Source of the DNA: a virus
Reading direction: 5' to 3' (one strand)
IMG/VR virus record: IMGVR_UViG_3300021963_000041
Coordinates: 63,150-127,149 of that record
DNA: 64,000 bases
This document shows positions 54,289 to 64,000 of this stretch, piece by piece. Every line of letters starts with the position of its first letter. Position 1 is the stretch's first letter. Position numbers and translations under genes: made by a program. The notes beneath the pieces were generated by a model, which did no database searches, was not told the DNA's origin, and saw nothing but the letters and a program-made list of their open reading frames with translations.

Positions 54289-54690
54289 TTAATTGAACCA
54301 GTCTGTTGGAATTTCTTTGTCAGCGAATTTAAACCCATACTTCACACACCAATCAGCGTATGTCGTTTTTGAGCCTTTGCGAAGTTTGTTTTTTGAATTT
54401 TGGAACACAAATCGAATATCTAACTCAGGATACTGATCCTTTATTAATATATGCTTTTTTCTGTCTTCTGCAACGAATCTACCTTTAGTTTCTATAAAAA
54501 TTCCGTTAGGTAGTTTGAAGTCTGGAGTGTATGTGTGGTTTGTAGCAGGTTTAATGTATTTTATCTTATGCTGCTCATATTCACCATCAATACCCTTCTG
54601 CTTTAATGATTCGTCTAGGTCAACCTCGAGACCACTACGGTATCCTTTGACCTTTGCGGCTTGTGTTTTAGTGTAACGCTTTCTTGCCAT
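54289..54690 (-). CDS. Holliday junction resolvase, T7 endonuclease I-like
   Basis: YRSGLE, YTPDF.LPNGIFIETKGRF, DRKKH, DIRFVF, TTYADWC. Confidence 0.92.
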   Translation of the reverse strand: MARKRYTKTQAAKVKGYRSGLEVDLDESLKQKGIDGEYEQHKIKYIKPATNHTYTPDFKLPNGIFIETKGRFVAEDRKKHILIKDQYPELDIRFVFQNSKNKLRKGSKTTYADWCVKYGFKFADKEIPTDWFN

Positions 54691-54702
54691 AACTTATTTT
54701 AA

Positions 54703-56358
54703 TTACCGATCTAACCTAATAACAAATGTTGTATCTACGTTGTCCGGTGTTTGTATTGGTGTATTTAATTTTGCGACTGCTAGCATTCTTCCATAGTCGT
54801 CATACAAACCTATTGAAGTAACAAACGGTTTGAAACTTGAACCAGTTACAAATGGTTTATATTCATATTGATTGTGTGATGCATTGTAATACTGTAGTGT
54901 TGGGTTACAACTCATTCCAAACTCACCTGGTCCAACTGTGCATGAAATCTCAGTCTCCCATATAGTATGTGTACCTCTACAGTCTACGTTGGTGACTGTA
55001 CCAAATTTACTTGGAATAGCTCCTAACACCATCATACCATGATTATAGAAAACATTACCCATAAACAAATTGCCCACTCCAACAGTGTGAAATAATACAT
55101 CAACTTCTGTTGTATTTAAAGATTCTCTGTATAGTTTGACATTATCAATGATGCCATTAAAACCCCTATCACCCTCGTAAGAGTTTCCAATATACACGTT
55201 TGACAGATTTGATGTCTCTTTATCTAGGAAGCTATACGATCCAGAGTTTACTGAACAACTTGCTGCACTATTCACATGCAATGTCACTAATGATCCGGTC
55301 TTGCTTACAGCAATATGATACATCCTATCTTGCTCGATTGTTGCCGAACTAGTTAGATAAAGTAATTCTGATCCAGTATCCTTTTCAAACGCTACCTTAT
55401 TACTTCCCGATGTAATATATAATCTATATGGTGATCTATTTGGAGTTGTTTGTGTGAATATGTTACCATCCTCATCAACACGCAATTCTTCAATTGGACC
55501 TTGTTTTGCTATAAGCATTGATCCAGATGGATGTTGTGGCATCTGACTAGGATTAATAATTAAGCTGAAAGCAAATGGACTATTTTCAAAATTGTAAGCG
55601 TGATTATATTCTTGTACTACGTTTGGTTTAATTAAGATACTAGAAGATAAACTAGATGTAAAATGCCAAGAAGCACCAAGAAAATCCTTTTCCGACATTT
55701 GTGGCGATGCACCTTGTCTATACACACTCTGTACATTGTTGTAGTTGGATTCCATTTGCCATAAGCCTGGATTAAAACTACTAGTGAAAGACACAACTCC
55801 TCCATTCAAATATCGGTAAACGATTTCAGATGGCCATTCGCCAACCAAAGCTCGCTCAACAGACGATGTGTAGTTTGTTGCAGAGCCACCTATAAATTTT
55901 CCATACGGTGAGTAAAAACCGCTACCAGAAATATGTAAGTTGCCTAAGCTGTCATCTAATAAAGTCCAGTTAGTGTTTAATAAACTTCCTGAGTAAGTTC
56001 CACTGACTGGTATCATATAGCAATCCATATCTATAACAACTGAGTCAGTCATTATGGCTTCACCAAACTTTGATTGTGGAATACTTATCACATAAGCCTG
56101 ATCTTCTAACGAGCGAAATTGCTTATTAATATTACCACTACCAAAAGAGGCTTTAGTATTACCATAGAAGTCTCTATAATATAGGTGGTCTATTGATCTA
56201 TGAACAATGCGTTGAAATTTACCATTTGCAGTTATTGGTTCGTCATTGTGTAGCTGAATGTTGCCTTGATCAAAATTAACATGCAATACATTATCCTCCT
56301 TGTAGGCTGCTAAAGGATTGTAATCTGCTCTATATATTGTGTATATGCTGTTTATCAT
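54703..56358 (-). CDS. Baseplate/fibre-anchor protein with LamG-like domain
   Basis: YHIAVSK, YIGN, FNGIIDNVKLY; C-terminal VTSIGLYDDYGRMLAVAKL. Confidence 0.65.
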   Translation of the reverse strand: MINSIYTIYRADYNPLAAYKEDNVLHVNFDQGNIQLHNDEPITANGKFQRIVHRSIDHLYYRDFYGNTKASFGSGNINKQFRSLEDQAYVISIPQSKFGEAIMTDSVVIDMDCYMIPVSGTYSGSLLNTNWTLLDDSLGNLHISGSGFYSPYGKFIGGSATNYTSSVERALVGEWPSEIVYRYLNGGVVSFTSSFNPGLWQMESNYNNVQSVYRQGASPQMSEKDFLGASWHFTSSLSSSILIKPNVVQEYNHAYNFENSPFAFSLIINPSQMPQHPSGSMLIAKQGPIEELRVDEDGNIFTQTTPNRSPYRLYITSGSNKVAFEKDTGSELLYLTSSATIEQDRMYHIAVSKTGSLVTLHVNSAASCSVNSGSYSFLDKETSNLSNVYIGNSYEGDRGFNGIIDNVKLYRESLNTTEVDVLFHTVGVGNLFMGNVFYNHGMMVLGAIPSKFGTVTNVDCRGTHTIWETEISCTVGPGEFGMSCNPTLQYYNASHNQYEYKPFVTGSSFKPFVTSIGLYDDYGRMLAVAKLNTPIQTPDNVDTTFVIRLDR

Positions 56359-57917
56359 TGCACGTCAAACTTGTATAGGTATCGTGATCGTACTCCCGTA
56401 GTTGGGTTTATTTCAGAAATATTTTGTGTAAAACCTAACACTGTGGTTGTTCTATTGTCTGCAGTAAGCATATTGCTACCACTCTGCTGAGTTCCAAATA
56501 AAGGTTGTGATGAATTACTCAAAAAACCTACGTGAATTGGATCTTGAATCTCGTTAGTATCTAGATTAACAACGAACATGGAAGACTTACCTTTTACCGT
56601 TGGCTCTACCCAAACATATAATAGAGAAGCGCTACCAGAGCTAATTAAATCTACATTCTTATTAATAGCTGCACCTGTCACTTTACTATTTGCACCAACG
56701 TATTGTCTTGCGTCAATAACCTCATAGGTAAATTGTGCATAAAACTGACTAGCATTAATGTTATTCAGTATTGTACCATCCTCTAACACAGCTACAACAT
56801 TAATCTGCGCATCACTACTATTTGCTTGAAACTTAATAGCACCTACTGCGCTATCGTATCGAATCATATCTTTATCACACAACAATCTTACAATTGGTGC
56901 AGCGTCTATTTTGAGATAATTACTAAGGCTAATATCGAAGCTTGAAGCGTAAATATTGTTTTGACCTTTTAGTGTAAAGTATGCAAACCCCTTTGAACCT
57001 ACAATATCCACAACACCCGTCGTAGCATGCTCTCCTGGATCACCCATTGCACTAATAGTTGAGTATGATGCTGAGTATGCTGCACCAAAACCTTGCAACT
57101 CTATATTACTAGTCATCAGTCTTGATGTACTGTCCTTGTAAATAGCAAGAATCCTATTAGTCTGTTCTGGTTGTGTTGAAGGAATCGCTGCATAATAATC
57201 TCCACGATAATCATTATCGGCACCCCAGTATGGAGGTAATATTGGATTAGGTGGTTCTAAATAAGGTACTACGGTTGTTGCTACAACTTGCTTGTTACTG
57301 ACATCTAACTCCATAGCTAGTAAACCACCATAATAAGAGCCACTCTGATTGTGGGATACTAGAATTATTGGTCTAACGACTGGTAATGCTCCCGCAAATG
57401 GATAATAATCAATTCTATTGATATAGCTTCCACTCAAACCGATATCTTCATAAGGCATACCACCGCCAATAAAGGTTGACATCTGGTAATCCATCTGCTT
57501 GATTCTGAATCCGCCACCTGTTCCTAAGGTTGGATCTGATTCTATTGTTATGACACGACTTGGACCATTACCATCAGTATTATCTAACACTCCCGCAATG
57601 TACTTGTTTGCAACTAATGGCGTTGAACTAAAACTCGTGACTGTTGCTGAATTGTACTGTAATTCAAACGTATCACTATCAACCTCAGCATAGCCTAATA
57701 TATTATCACTATTTACATAGTAATAAGCTGTTACTGGATCTGTATCGTATATCTTTGTTGAATAAGGTGCTTGTAATTCGTAGAAGCTGGAGCTATTCGA
57801 TACTGATCCGGTGATCTCAATCTTAGTATAACTCACATTTTCCGACCACAGCTTATGTGTACGGAATGGTGTGATTCGTACATCTGATTTGTCTAAACTT
57901 TTGAAAACTCCTGCCAT
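56355..57917 (-). CDS. Virion structural protein (hypothetical)
   Basis: Beta-rich, ATGA-coupled to next gene, own promoter motif. Confidence 0.65.
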   Translation of the reverse strand: MAGVFKSLDKSDVRITPFRTHKLWSENVSYTKIEITGSVSNSSSFYELQAPYSTKIYDTDPVTAYYYVNSDNILGYAEVDSDTFELQYNSATVTSFSSTPLVANKYIAGVLDNTDGNGPSRVITIESDPTLGTGGGFRIKQMDYQMSTFIGGGMPYEDIGLSGSYINRIDYYPFAGALPVVRPIILVSHNQSGSYYGGLLAMELDVSNKQVVATTVVPYLEPPNPILPPYWGADNDYRGDYYAAIPSTQPEQTNRILAIYKDSTSRLMTSNIELQGFGAAYSASYSTISAMGDPGEHATTGVVDIVGSKGFAYFTLKGQNNIYASSFDISLSNYLKIDAAPIVRLLCDKDMIRYDSAVGAIKFQANSSDAQINVVAVLEDGTILNNINASQFYAQFTYEVIDARQYVGANSKVTGAAINKNVDLISSGSASLLYVWVEPTVKGKSSMFVVNLDTNEIQDPIHVGFLSNSSQPLFGTQQSGSNMLTADNRTTTVLGFTQNISEINPTTGVRSRYLYKFDVQ

Positions 57918-57934
57918 TGTATATAAATATGGCT

Positions 57935-57968
57935 AAAAAAGAAACCCTCCACTTTAGGTAGAGGGTTC
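57935..57968 (-). terminator. Rho-independent terminator
   Basis: Minus strand AACCCTCTAC-CTAAA-GTGGAGGGTT then TCTTTTTT. Confidence 0.8.
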
Positions 57969-57986
57969 ATTTTTGCTAATTTAAAA

Positions 57987-59069
57987 TTAGTAGTCTAATT
58001 TAACCTTAATAAGAGCTTCTCGGTTGAATGATTTCAACAATGGCTTGCTCAACTTGGCTACTGCTACTAAACGGTTTCTATCGTCATACATTCCAATTGT
58101 TGTAATATAAACGCTTGGATTTCTTAACATGCTAGCATGTAGGAATGTTCCTGTGCTTCCAGTTACAAACGTTGGATTGTTTGAGAAGTTGAATTGTTTA
58201 TTAGTTACACGAACAAAGTAGTGTGTAGATGTTACTTTTTCTTCACTTCGAGCTGCAAAATATGTAGAGCCTGAGATTCGGAAAGACATCGTTACGTGGT
58301 TTCTTGGTTGCGTTGCAGCTGCTGCTAGTGTAGTTGCAGATGCACTGTTGAATGGAATACCACATCCAGTTGCTCCAGTACCTCTTAATAAACCGGCATG
58401 GAATACAAAGACACCTTGGTCTGGATAGAACAATCCATACTGAGTGTTAGATGCAGTCACACCACCAGAACCTGAGTAGATTCCAAATACGCGACCTGCT
58501 TCGTTGATTGTTGGCGAATCACCTTGACCGCTAGCATCAATAAAGCTTAGGTAGCTAGATGTAAAGTTATTACCCGTATATGTAGCATTTGAACCAGATC
58601 CAATTCTCAATTCCCAGTTTCCTGGATCAATCTTTTGACGGAATCTTGAACGAGCTACATTGATTACAATAATCTCGTTTGCTGAAGAGCTATTGATTGT
58701 AAATACACTATCCGTTGGAGGAAGTAACATATTACGATACTGCGAGTATATAGCTCTTGTTGGTGTATCATTTGAGTTGTTACCTACAGTGTTTGAATCA
58801 CCATAAGAACCACTACCCTGTCTGTGGCCATAAGCAATTGCAAACTGAATTGCTGCATTGGTTGCTGATTGTGGGTTTCTGTGGTACACATTCATGTAGT
58901 AGTCTCCTGATTGAGACATCTGAGTAGAAGATGTAAAGAAGCCTACACCAGAATAAGCAGCTGATGCCGACAGTGGGTTAATGTTTTCAGACCAAACTGG
59001 CTGGGAGATTGTTTGAACGTCTCCTGGTACGATATCGTCTTGCGTGAAGATTTTATATATTTCTGCCAT
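57987..59069 (-). CDS. Baseplate/fibre-anchor protein, paralog of 54703..56358
   Basis: C-terminal SNNPTF...YITTIGMYDDRNRLVAVAKLSKP...VKLDY. Confidence 0.65.
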   Translation of the reverse strand: MAEIYKIFTQDDIVPGDVQTISQPVWSENINPLSASAAYSGVGFFTSSTQMSQSGDYYMNVYHRNPQSATNAAIQFAIAYGHRQGSGSYGDSNTVGNNSNDTPTRAIYSQYRNMLLPPTDSVFTINSSSANEIIVINVARSRFRQKIDPGNWELRIGSGSNATYTGNNFTSSYLSFIDASGQGDSPTINEAGRVFGIYSGSGGVTASNTQYGLFYPDQGVFVFHAGLLRGTGATGCGIPFNSASATTLAAAATQPRNHVTMSFRISGSTYFAARSEEKVTSTHYFVRVTNKQFNFSNNPTFVTGSTGTFLHASMLRNPSVYITTIGMYDDRNRLVAVAKLSKPLLKSFNREALIKVKLDY

Positions 59070-59075
59070 TGTCTA

Positions 59076-59831
59076 TTACTTATTTGCTAATCCTACTTGA
59101 ATATCAAGAGCAGCGAAGTTTGTAGGATCAACTGATACAGATACAGTTTTGAATCCACCAGTCTCGTTACCGATGATTGTTAATAATGTGCGTTTGATAG
59201 TTAAAAGGTTTGCTTGAGCTTTAGGTTTCAATACAAACTTCTTACCAACCCTAACAATTGTTTTACCAGCTGTTGTTACGCTAGTAACTTCATCGTCTAA
59301 GAAGCTAGTCACTCCTGCTGCATTAGCATTTGCTGCTAGTACTTCTGGATTAAGTCCTACAGCTGATGTATTAGCAGGTGCTTTAGAAACACCACCGTCT
59401 GCTGCAACTTCTAGAGTTGCTACAGTATCGTCTGCTAAGATTGCTGTATAACCTAATGAATCATTTCCTCCCGCTAAGTTAAGGGTAGCTGGACTAACTA
59501 CAATCTCTTGCTTTAATGAAGTGAAGCTTACTGCTGTTGGTGAAACGCTAATTACTGGAATACCTATAACATCTTTTGGAAGAGTTACAAGTTTGTAACG
59601 TAACATTTGAGTTTCATCTGGTAACGCTTCTAATACCGGCATGTTTTCAATCACAGCTCCATAGTAGTTTGTACCTAATGTGTGGGCTGGATTCCATAGG
59701 TCGTAGTCGACTTCGTCGTCAGATAACGCGAATTTTGTGATGTTTAATTTACCACCACCTGCTAAAATCTCACGACCCTTATTCGTAAGAATAGCATCTA
59801 CTGTGACGGTTGAATTATCTAAGTATCCCAT
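59076..59831 (-). CDS. Baseplate/tail-collar-like structural protein
   Basis: DAILTNKGREILA...NITKFALSDDE resembles the N-terminus of P2 gpH-type fibre-anchor domains. Confidence 0.55.
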   Translation of the reverse strand: MGYLDNSTVTVDAILTNKGREILAGGGKLNITKFALSDDEVDYDLWNPAHTLGTNYYGAVIENMPVLEALPDETQMLRYKLVTLPKDVIGIPVISVSPTAVSFTSLKQEIVVSPATLNLAGGNDSLGYTAILADDTVATLEVAADGGVSKAPANTSAVGLNPEVLAANANAAGVTSFLDDEVTSVTTAGKTIVRVGKKFVLKPKAQANLLTIKRTLLTIIGNETGGFKTVSVSVDPTNFAALDIQVGLANK

Positions 59832-59872
59832 TGCTATTTGTTTTTATATAAATATGTCTTGTTTTGTAAATC

Positions 59873-62800
59873 TTACTTTATTTCAAAAGTTCCCTTGACG
59901 TTTGGTTTTACGCCTAATTGCTTACCGCCACCTACTGTAATTTGCACTACCGGTCCTCCATCAGAAGTATCGGGGCTGTTAATATTCCAGTCTGTTGATG
60001 ACATTTTACAACCGTCGTATCGAGCATTCCTCATACCATAACTATCACGTAAGTGAAAATCTTGTACATCAGCTCGATAGTTTAAACATCTTACTTTGAG
60101 TTTTGGAATCCAAGTTGCGTTTGGTGCTAAACTTGGTGAGATGTATAATCTCAGACCTAGCCAGTTACCAAGTGCTCGAGTTGTAAACACTACATCTGTT
60201 TGTGTAGATGTTGGTGTAATAGATCCAGTTAAACCACAATCTAAATCTCCAAAGTGAAGTTCTAGAGTGTTGTTTACGCCAGCCGCACCCTCATCAGTAG
60301 ATATCGTTATCTCATAAATGTAGTTTGCTGTTTTTGCGTCGTCAGCTTTGTAGAAAAATGCAGGTATTCTAACTGAAGCTGTTACTGGTGTTCCAGTTGC
60401 TGCTGTTTGGTAAAATGATAAACCTGGATATGCATATCCTGCTCCTGCAAGCTGCCAATAACCTACCGAAATTGAACCAGTAACTGGATCAATAGCAAAT
60501 GATGCTGAGTATAGTGATCTGACTTGCAAACCATAGGATGATAACCATGCATTTTCAACCCATGCTGCACTAGATGTTATTGTTGTGACTGTGGTACTTG
60601 TAGCTGTGTCAGAGTATGTTGTATGTTTATCAAACGCTTTTCCACCGTAGATATCAATATCATATATATCACCACTAATGTTAGCAACACTACTAGGAGT
60701 GTTATCCATAATAACTGGGCTATAAGGTTCGTGATAGTCATAACGACTACTAGTGAAAGGTGTCCACGTCAATCCTACCCCACTTCCACTTTGATAATAA
60801 CTTGTAAATACATACTGAGATCCATCAGCTATTAAATCCCTACCGTATGCAGTAGTTCTTGTTTTAGCTTCTCCAGCCATGCTACCGCTGGTTGATGGAT
60901 TATCATCAACACCAACTCTAGTAAATTCATTTGCATAGCTTGAAGCAAAATCTGGAGTAGTATCTAGGTTAGTACCATCTAACACTACAAAATCGATTTC
61001 TGTGTTTTCAAAACCAGGCAAACTCTCTATATCCCTACGTGGTGATTCATATTCGTAAGTTGGATACGATATTACATCGTTAAACTCAGCAACGTTCTGT
61101 TGTTCACCGCTAAATCTAATATAGTCAGACTCGTCTCCACCTATTTTACCTTCTTGAACATAACCCGATCCATCACGGAATGGCTCGCCATCACCATCTT
61201 GAACAAAGCCACCGGGTGTAATGTACGTTTCTGGTCCTACATCTAAAGACGAACTATAATGGTTTTCCTCAAAGGTTGGTAGCTTTGTTGGTATCTTACT
61301 TCTAGTAAGAATGTTTGGTTCTACAACAAATCCAATTTGTGCATTAGCACGATGTGGAATGAATTTTTTAATTATTTGGAATAGTGCCGAATCAAAGTGT
61401 TGGATCAGTCTGATATAGTTTTGTGGTCTATATCTTCCAGATGTATACTTTTTTAAGTATTCGTATTGCAAATTTTCCAAGTCAGGGTAGTGATCTTTAT
61501 CTAGGTCACTTGGAGTACCTATAAAATCATCGATACTAAGACCACCAAATTGCTCTGCAATGTCTTGGTTTACCTCATTAACTGGTGACAAGTAGACACC
61601 TAATCGTGGTGAGTCCGCAGGATAATTATCTGTTAAAGACCTCTCTGCGCTATTATCACGATATAGTTGTGAATCTCCTGCTAAAAAGGTTTCGTCGATT
61701 CTAATTTTATTACCAACTTGCCTATTTGCTCCTAAATCAGGCCACTCCATTGAATGGATCTCCACGTTAGGTTTGTGTATTGATCCACTAAAGTTGTAAG
61801 CTCTAATATCAGTACCCGATTTGTATTGTTGGTTTGGATGTGATGAAGAAACCACTAAACCATTGCTACCAGTAACCGCTAGTTTTTTGTTGTCAGCTCC
61901 TAATGGATGACGCATCATCAAGGTGTAGAAGCTAGATGTACTTCCGGTATACGTGTCAGATAAGTTTCCTTGGTAACTTGTTGGTGCGAGTGTATGATTA
62001 TCTAAAATACTATCTTGTAGTGGTTCGCTCCAATATCTCAACTCTTGAATAGAACCAGTCCACAATAGCATTGAATGACTCTGTGCAATGGTATATGATC
62101 CTGTTCCAGGTAGCCATAAATGGCTGCTAGATATGTGCGAAGTTGTCCAGGCATTATTGTAAGAGGCACTAGTTAATCCAGTTACAGTGATTGATGAACT
62201 TTGTGAAAATACTACTTTTTCATACTTCGCTTTTTTAACAATGAGCGAGTATGTTTGAGAAACTGAATCTGTGTTAGTAGCTTGCGATCTATTAACTGCA
62301 ACATGATACCAGTCGCCATCGTAGATTGAACAACTAACACTAGCTGTAGCCCATGTCGTTGAGGATCCCCATGTTGATGTGGAGTTATTATTATTACCTA
62401 AATACAGTTTTAAATACTGAAAGTCTCCAGATTTAGAAGCTTCTAAATACCACGAACCAGATTTCTCCATTAAGCGTTGTATCTTCGATTGACTTACTGC
62501 CATCTTTACACGCAACTCTACTGCATTTGGATACAAGGATTGTGATCCTATACTATCCCAATCAGCTCTCAATGTTTGTACTGGATTTCCAGATATTTGA
62601 CCGTTATAGCCTACTGTAGTTGAGTAATTAAAACGCTCATGAACCCAATCAGTTTTTGTATTAAATTCTGGTTCAGCTCCTCCGTATTCACGGATTCTAA
62701 GAATTGTTTGTGGAATACCAAAGCAGTTAATTAAAGCTCTAACACCTCGTTCTGTACCTTTGGTTTTTAATAAATAAGGAAGGTTGTTAATAATACGCTT

Positions 62801-64000
62801 CCAAGTCTCTTTGGTTTTATCCTCACTCGTTATGCTATAAGTCGATGCTAAAGATCCAGATACACTTGTACCTAAAGCATAATCCCACAGCTCTTTAAGT
62901 GTATTTCCATTCTCAAAATCTATACCTAAGTTTTTACCAACATGATACACTAAATCTTTACTAAACCCTTCCAGAATTGATTCTTCTCGAGAGTGTAACT
63001 TAGTCATGTGCTTGATATAAGCAAACATGAGATCATAATAATGACCAATCATGTGAGTAAACAACACATACTCCTCATTTACACTATCCTCTAAGACGTG
63101 TGCAGGTATCAGTTTATATAACGCTGATTGATTATTTTGATCATATAAACTAGCGCTAGCGTAAATACCATCAAACCAACTCTCAACTTGCGATGAAGTT
63201 ACTGCATAATTTGTATATGGCTTGGTGTTATTTGATTTTGGCCACGTAGATGGATAAAATTCACCAAAGCTATTTGTAACATAACTACTAGATTGATAGA
63301 ATAGATACTTTTCATAAGAATCCATTGATCCAAGTAGTGCAGCTTTTTTTGTTTTGGTATCCGTAATGTTTGTTTGAAAGTATATACTACTAGAAACACT
63401 ACTACTTGGCAAGCCACTCAAATCGGTTGTCAATGCTGCTATACGTGAATCGTAGGATTCAATAAGCTGCATTTTGTATTTAAAATTTAATAAGCGCTCA
63501 GTTGCAGATCCGAATTGGATGTGGTTATCAAAGTGCCTAAAATCAATGTTTAGATTGATACCCTCTAAAAAAGAGCCACTCAGTAATGTTCTTATGATAT
63601 CCTCAGATGTCTGAGTAGTAGTAGATAGTAGGTCGTCCCAATCTTTATATTGTGTACCTACAGCTGTCTGATCTTTATTTATTGCGTCCCAGTTTGGGCC
63701 TGCAATGAATGTTTTTCTTGTTTTAACTTTAGGTGGTACAATTGTAATTGTATCAACTAAACTATCACTAACTTGCTGCGATAACCAAATTAACTCTCCA
63801 ATATTAACACCATCCGGAGCTGGAGTATTTAGTTTAAAGATTATGCTGTAAGGAGTTGTTGAAAATGTAAACTTATCTTGTACATAGTCAAATACACGCA
63901 TTGATGTATTTGCATCTTTAAATAAGAATAAGTTTGTTAATGTTTGACTCTTAGGAAGTTTAAAGAAACTATCAGCAAAAAAATCCAGAAAGTCAACATT
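59873..64000 (-). CDS. Large baseplate wedge protein with LamG-like domain (partial, 5' end beyond window)
   Basis: Frame stays open from 63901 to 64000; LPYLLKTKGTERGVRALINCFG (P2 gpI-like), WYHVAVNR, WTGSIQELRYW. Confidence 0.7.
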   Translation of the reverse strand, partial: NVDFLDFFADSFFKLPKSQTLTNLFLFKDANTSMRVFDYVQDKFTFSTTPYSIIFKLNTPAPDGVNIGELIWLSQQVSDSLVDTITIVPPKVKTRKTFIAGPNWDAINKDQTAVGTQYKDWDDLLSTTTQTSEDIIRTLLSGSFLEGINLNIDFRHFDNHIQFGSATERLLNFKYKMQLIESYDSRIAALTTDLSGLPSSSVSSSIYFQTNITDTKTKKAALLGSMDSYEKYLFYQSSSYVTNSFGEFYPSTWPKSNNTKPYTNYAVTSSQVESWFDGIYASASLYDQNNQSALYKLIPAHVLEDSVNEEYVLFTHMIGHYYDLMFAYIKHMTKLHSREESILEGFSKDLVYHVGKNLGIDFENGNTLKELWDYALGTSVSGSLASTYSITSEDKTKETWKRIINNLPYLLKTKGTERGVRALINCFGIPQTILRIREYGGAEPEFNTKTDWVHERFNYSTTVGYNGQISGNPVQTLRADWDSIGSQSLYPNAVELRVKMAVSQSKIQRLMEKSGSWYLEASKSGDFQYLKLYLGNNNNSTSTWGSSTTWATASVSCSIYDGDWYHVAVNRSQATNTDSVSQTYSLIVKKAKYEKVVFSQSSSITVTGLTSASYNNAWTTSHISSSHLWLPGTGSYTIAQSHSMLLWTGSIQELRYWSEPLQDSILDNHTLAPTSYQGNLSDTYTGSTSSFYTLMMRHPLGADNKKLAVTGSNGLVVSSSHPNQQYKSGTDIRAYNFSGSIHKPNVEIHSMEWPDLGANRQVGNKIRIDETFLAGDSQLYRDNSAERSLTDNYPADSPRLGVYLSPVNEVNQDIAEQFGGLSIDDFIGTPSDLDKDHYPDLENLQYEYLKKYTSGRYRPQNYIRLIQHFDSALFQIIKKFIPHRANAQIGFVVEPNILTRSKIPTKLPTFEENHYSSSLDVGPETYITPGGFVQDGDGEPFRDGSGYVQEGKIGGDESDYIRFSGEQQNVAEFNDVISYPTYEYESPRRDIESLPGFENTEIDFVVLDGTNLDTTPDFASSYANEFTRVGVDDNPSTSGSMAGEAKTRTTAYGRDLIADGSQYVFTSYYQSGSGVGLTWTPFTSSRYDYHEPYSPVIMDNTPSSVANISGDIYDIDIYGGKAFDKHTTYSDTATSTTVTTITSSAAWVENAWLSSYGLQVRSLYSASFAIDPVTGSISVGYWQLAGAGYAYPGLSFYQTAATGTPVTASVRIPAFFYKADDAKTANYIYEITISTDEGAAGVNNTLELHFGDLDCGLTGSITPTSTQTDVVFTTRALGNWLGLRLYISPSLAPNATWIPKLKVRCLNYRADVQDFHLRDSYGMRNARYDGCKMSSTDWNINSPDTSDGGPVVQITVGGGKQLGVKPNVKGTFEIK

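Overview
The window is part of a large T4-like myovirus genome, AT-rich with almost all real genes on the minus strand. It holds most of the virion morphogenesis cluster. Read in transcription order from the right edge: baseplate and fibre-anchor proteins; a small DNA-metabolism island (T7 endonuclease I-like resolvase, primase, fused Mre11/Rad50 = gp47-gp46); then a block of putative internal head proteins and lysis genes. Next come large terminase, portal, prohead protease, scaffold, major capsid protein, PhoH and neck/tail-completion proteins. After these lie cadherin-, collagen- and lectin-domain fibres, a 2OG-Fe(II) oxygenase, sheath, tube, tail-assembly chaperone, tape measure and baseplate proteins. 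Absent Shine-Dalgarno motifs, two TTTG/TAnnTTTG-like promoters and a signal peptide ending before Gln suggest a Bacteroidota host (inference). The main unexplained signals are: (1) a [S/T]-[G/A/S]-S motif saturating outer virion proteins; (2) head-cargo proteins with protease-type L/I-x-E sites, including a nucleotidyltransferase/ligase-like polyprotein; (3) a hidden +1/-2 frameshift ORF in the tail chaperone; (4) 19 copies of a late-promoter motif that is the reverse complement of T4's; (5) two structured 5' leaders; (6) a prolyl-hydroxylase-like enzyme beside (Gly-Pro-Thr)n collagen fibres. All family assignments come from motif recognition by eye; no searches were run.
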